Below, one piece after another: positions 26,279-26,367 of a stretch of 26,367 nt of DNA (positions are counted from its first letter, which is position 1; each line of letters begins with the position of its first letter). The stretch comes from Candidatus Bathyarchaeia archaeon (GTDB taxonomy: Archaea > Thermoproteota > Bathyarchaeia > Bathyarchaeales > Bathycorpusculaceae). The translations under genes and the position numbers were made by a program. The stretch covers positions 1 through 26,367 of the forward strand of contig JBEKXL010000029.1 in NCBI GenBank assembly GCA_049512075.1. The letters run 5' to 3'. Under the pieces are notes generated by a model, which ran no database searches, was not told the origin of the DNA, and saw only the letters and a list, made by a program, of their open reading frames with translations.

Positions 26279-26367
26279 CCCCGGAGCAAGCTCCGGGGCT
26301 CTACGGTAGGGCTTCTTGTTGTTCTTCTCGTATGTATTTTCTGACGGCGTCGAGGTTTAGTCCGCCT
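26279..26367 (-). mobile_element. tnpA: IS200/IS605-family end: TnpA (Y1 HUH) C-terminus and subterminal hairpin
   Basis: Minus strand GGLNLDAVRKYIREEQQEALP* (26366-26301) carries the catalytic Y-I-x-x-(x)-Q helix, followed by the hairpin CCCCGGAGC-TT-GCTCCGGGG. Confidence 0.8.

Overview
Archaeal accessory region, most likely Bathyarchaeia (inferred from the protein families, TTG/CTG starts and BRE/TATA promoters). It is a mosaic of intact genes and many gene fragments. Intact genes: a partial GT4 glycosyltransferase, small membrane proteins, a secreted beta-propeller protein, an aRF1 paralogue lacking GGQ and NIKS, MgtA, a YHS-fused alpha-glucan phosphorylase, L-LDH, and a defence-like block (type IIG R-M, EVE-PD-(D/E)XK nuclease, ParB-HTH-ASCH, and a coupled OB-type protein). 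The strongest unexplained signal is 22 alternating (GC)n tracts of 6-10 nt. I found none inside the long intact genes, and many sit exactly where genes or repeats break. A 235-bp MITE with 50-bp inverted ends is bounded by this same GCGCGC, which suggests a GCGC-targeting transposition or recombination system that shuffles the region. Also present: a repeated promoter-leader-RBS-ATG module in front of unrelated membrane genes, two tRNA 3'-end remnants, a duplicated iteron-like block and an IS200/IS605 end. All calls come from reading the sequence; no database searches were run.
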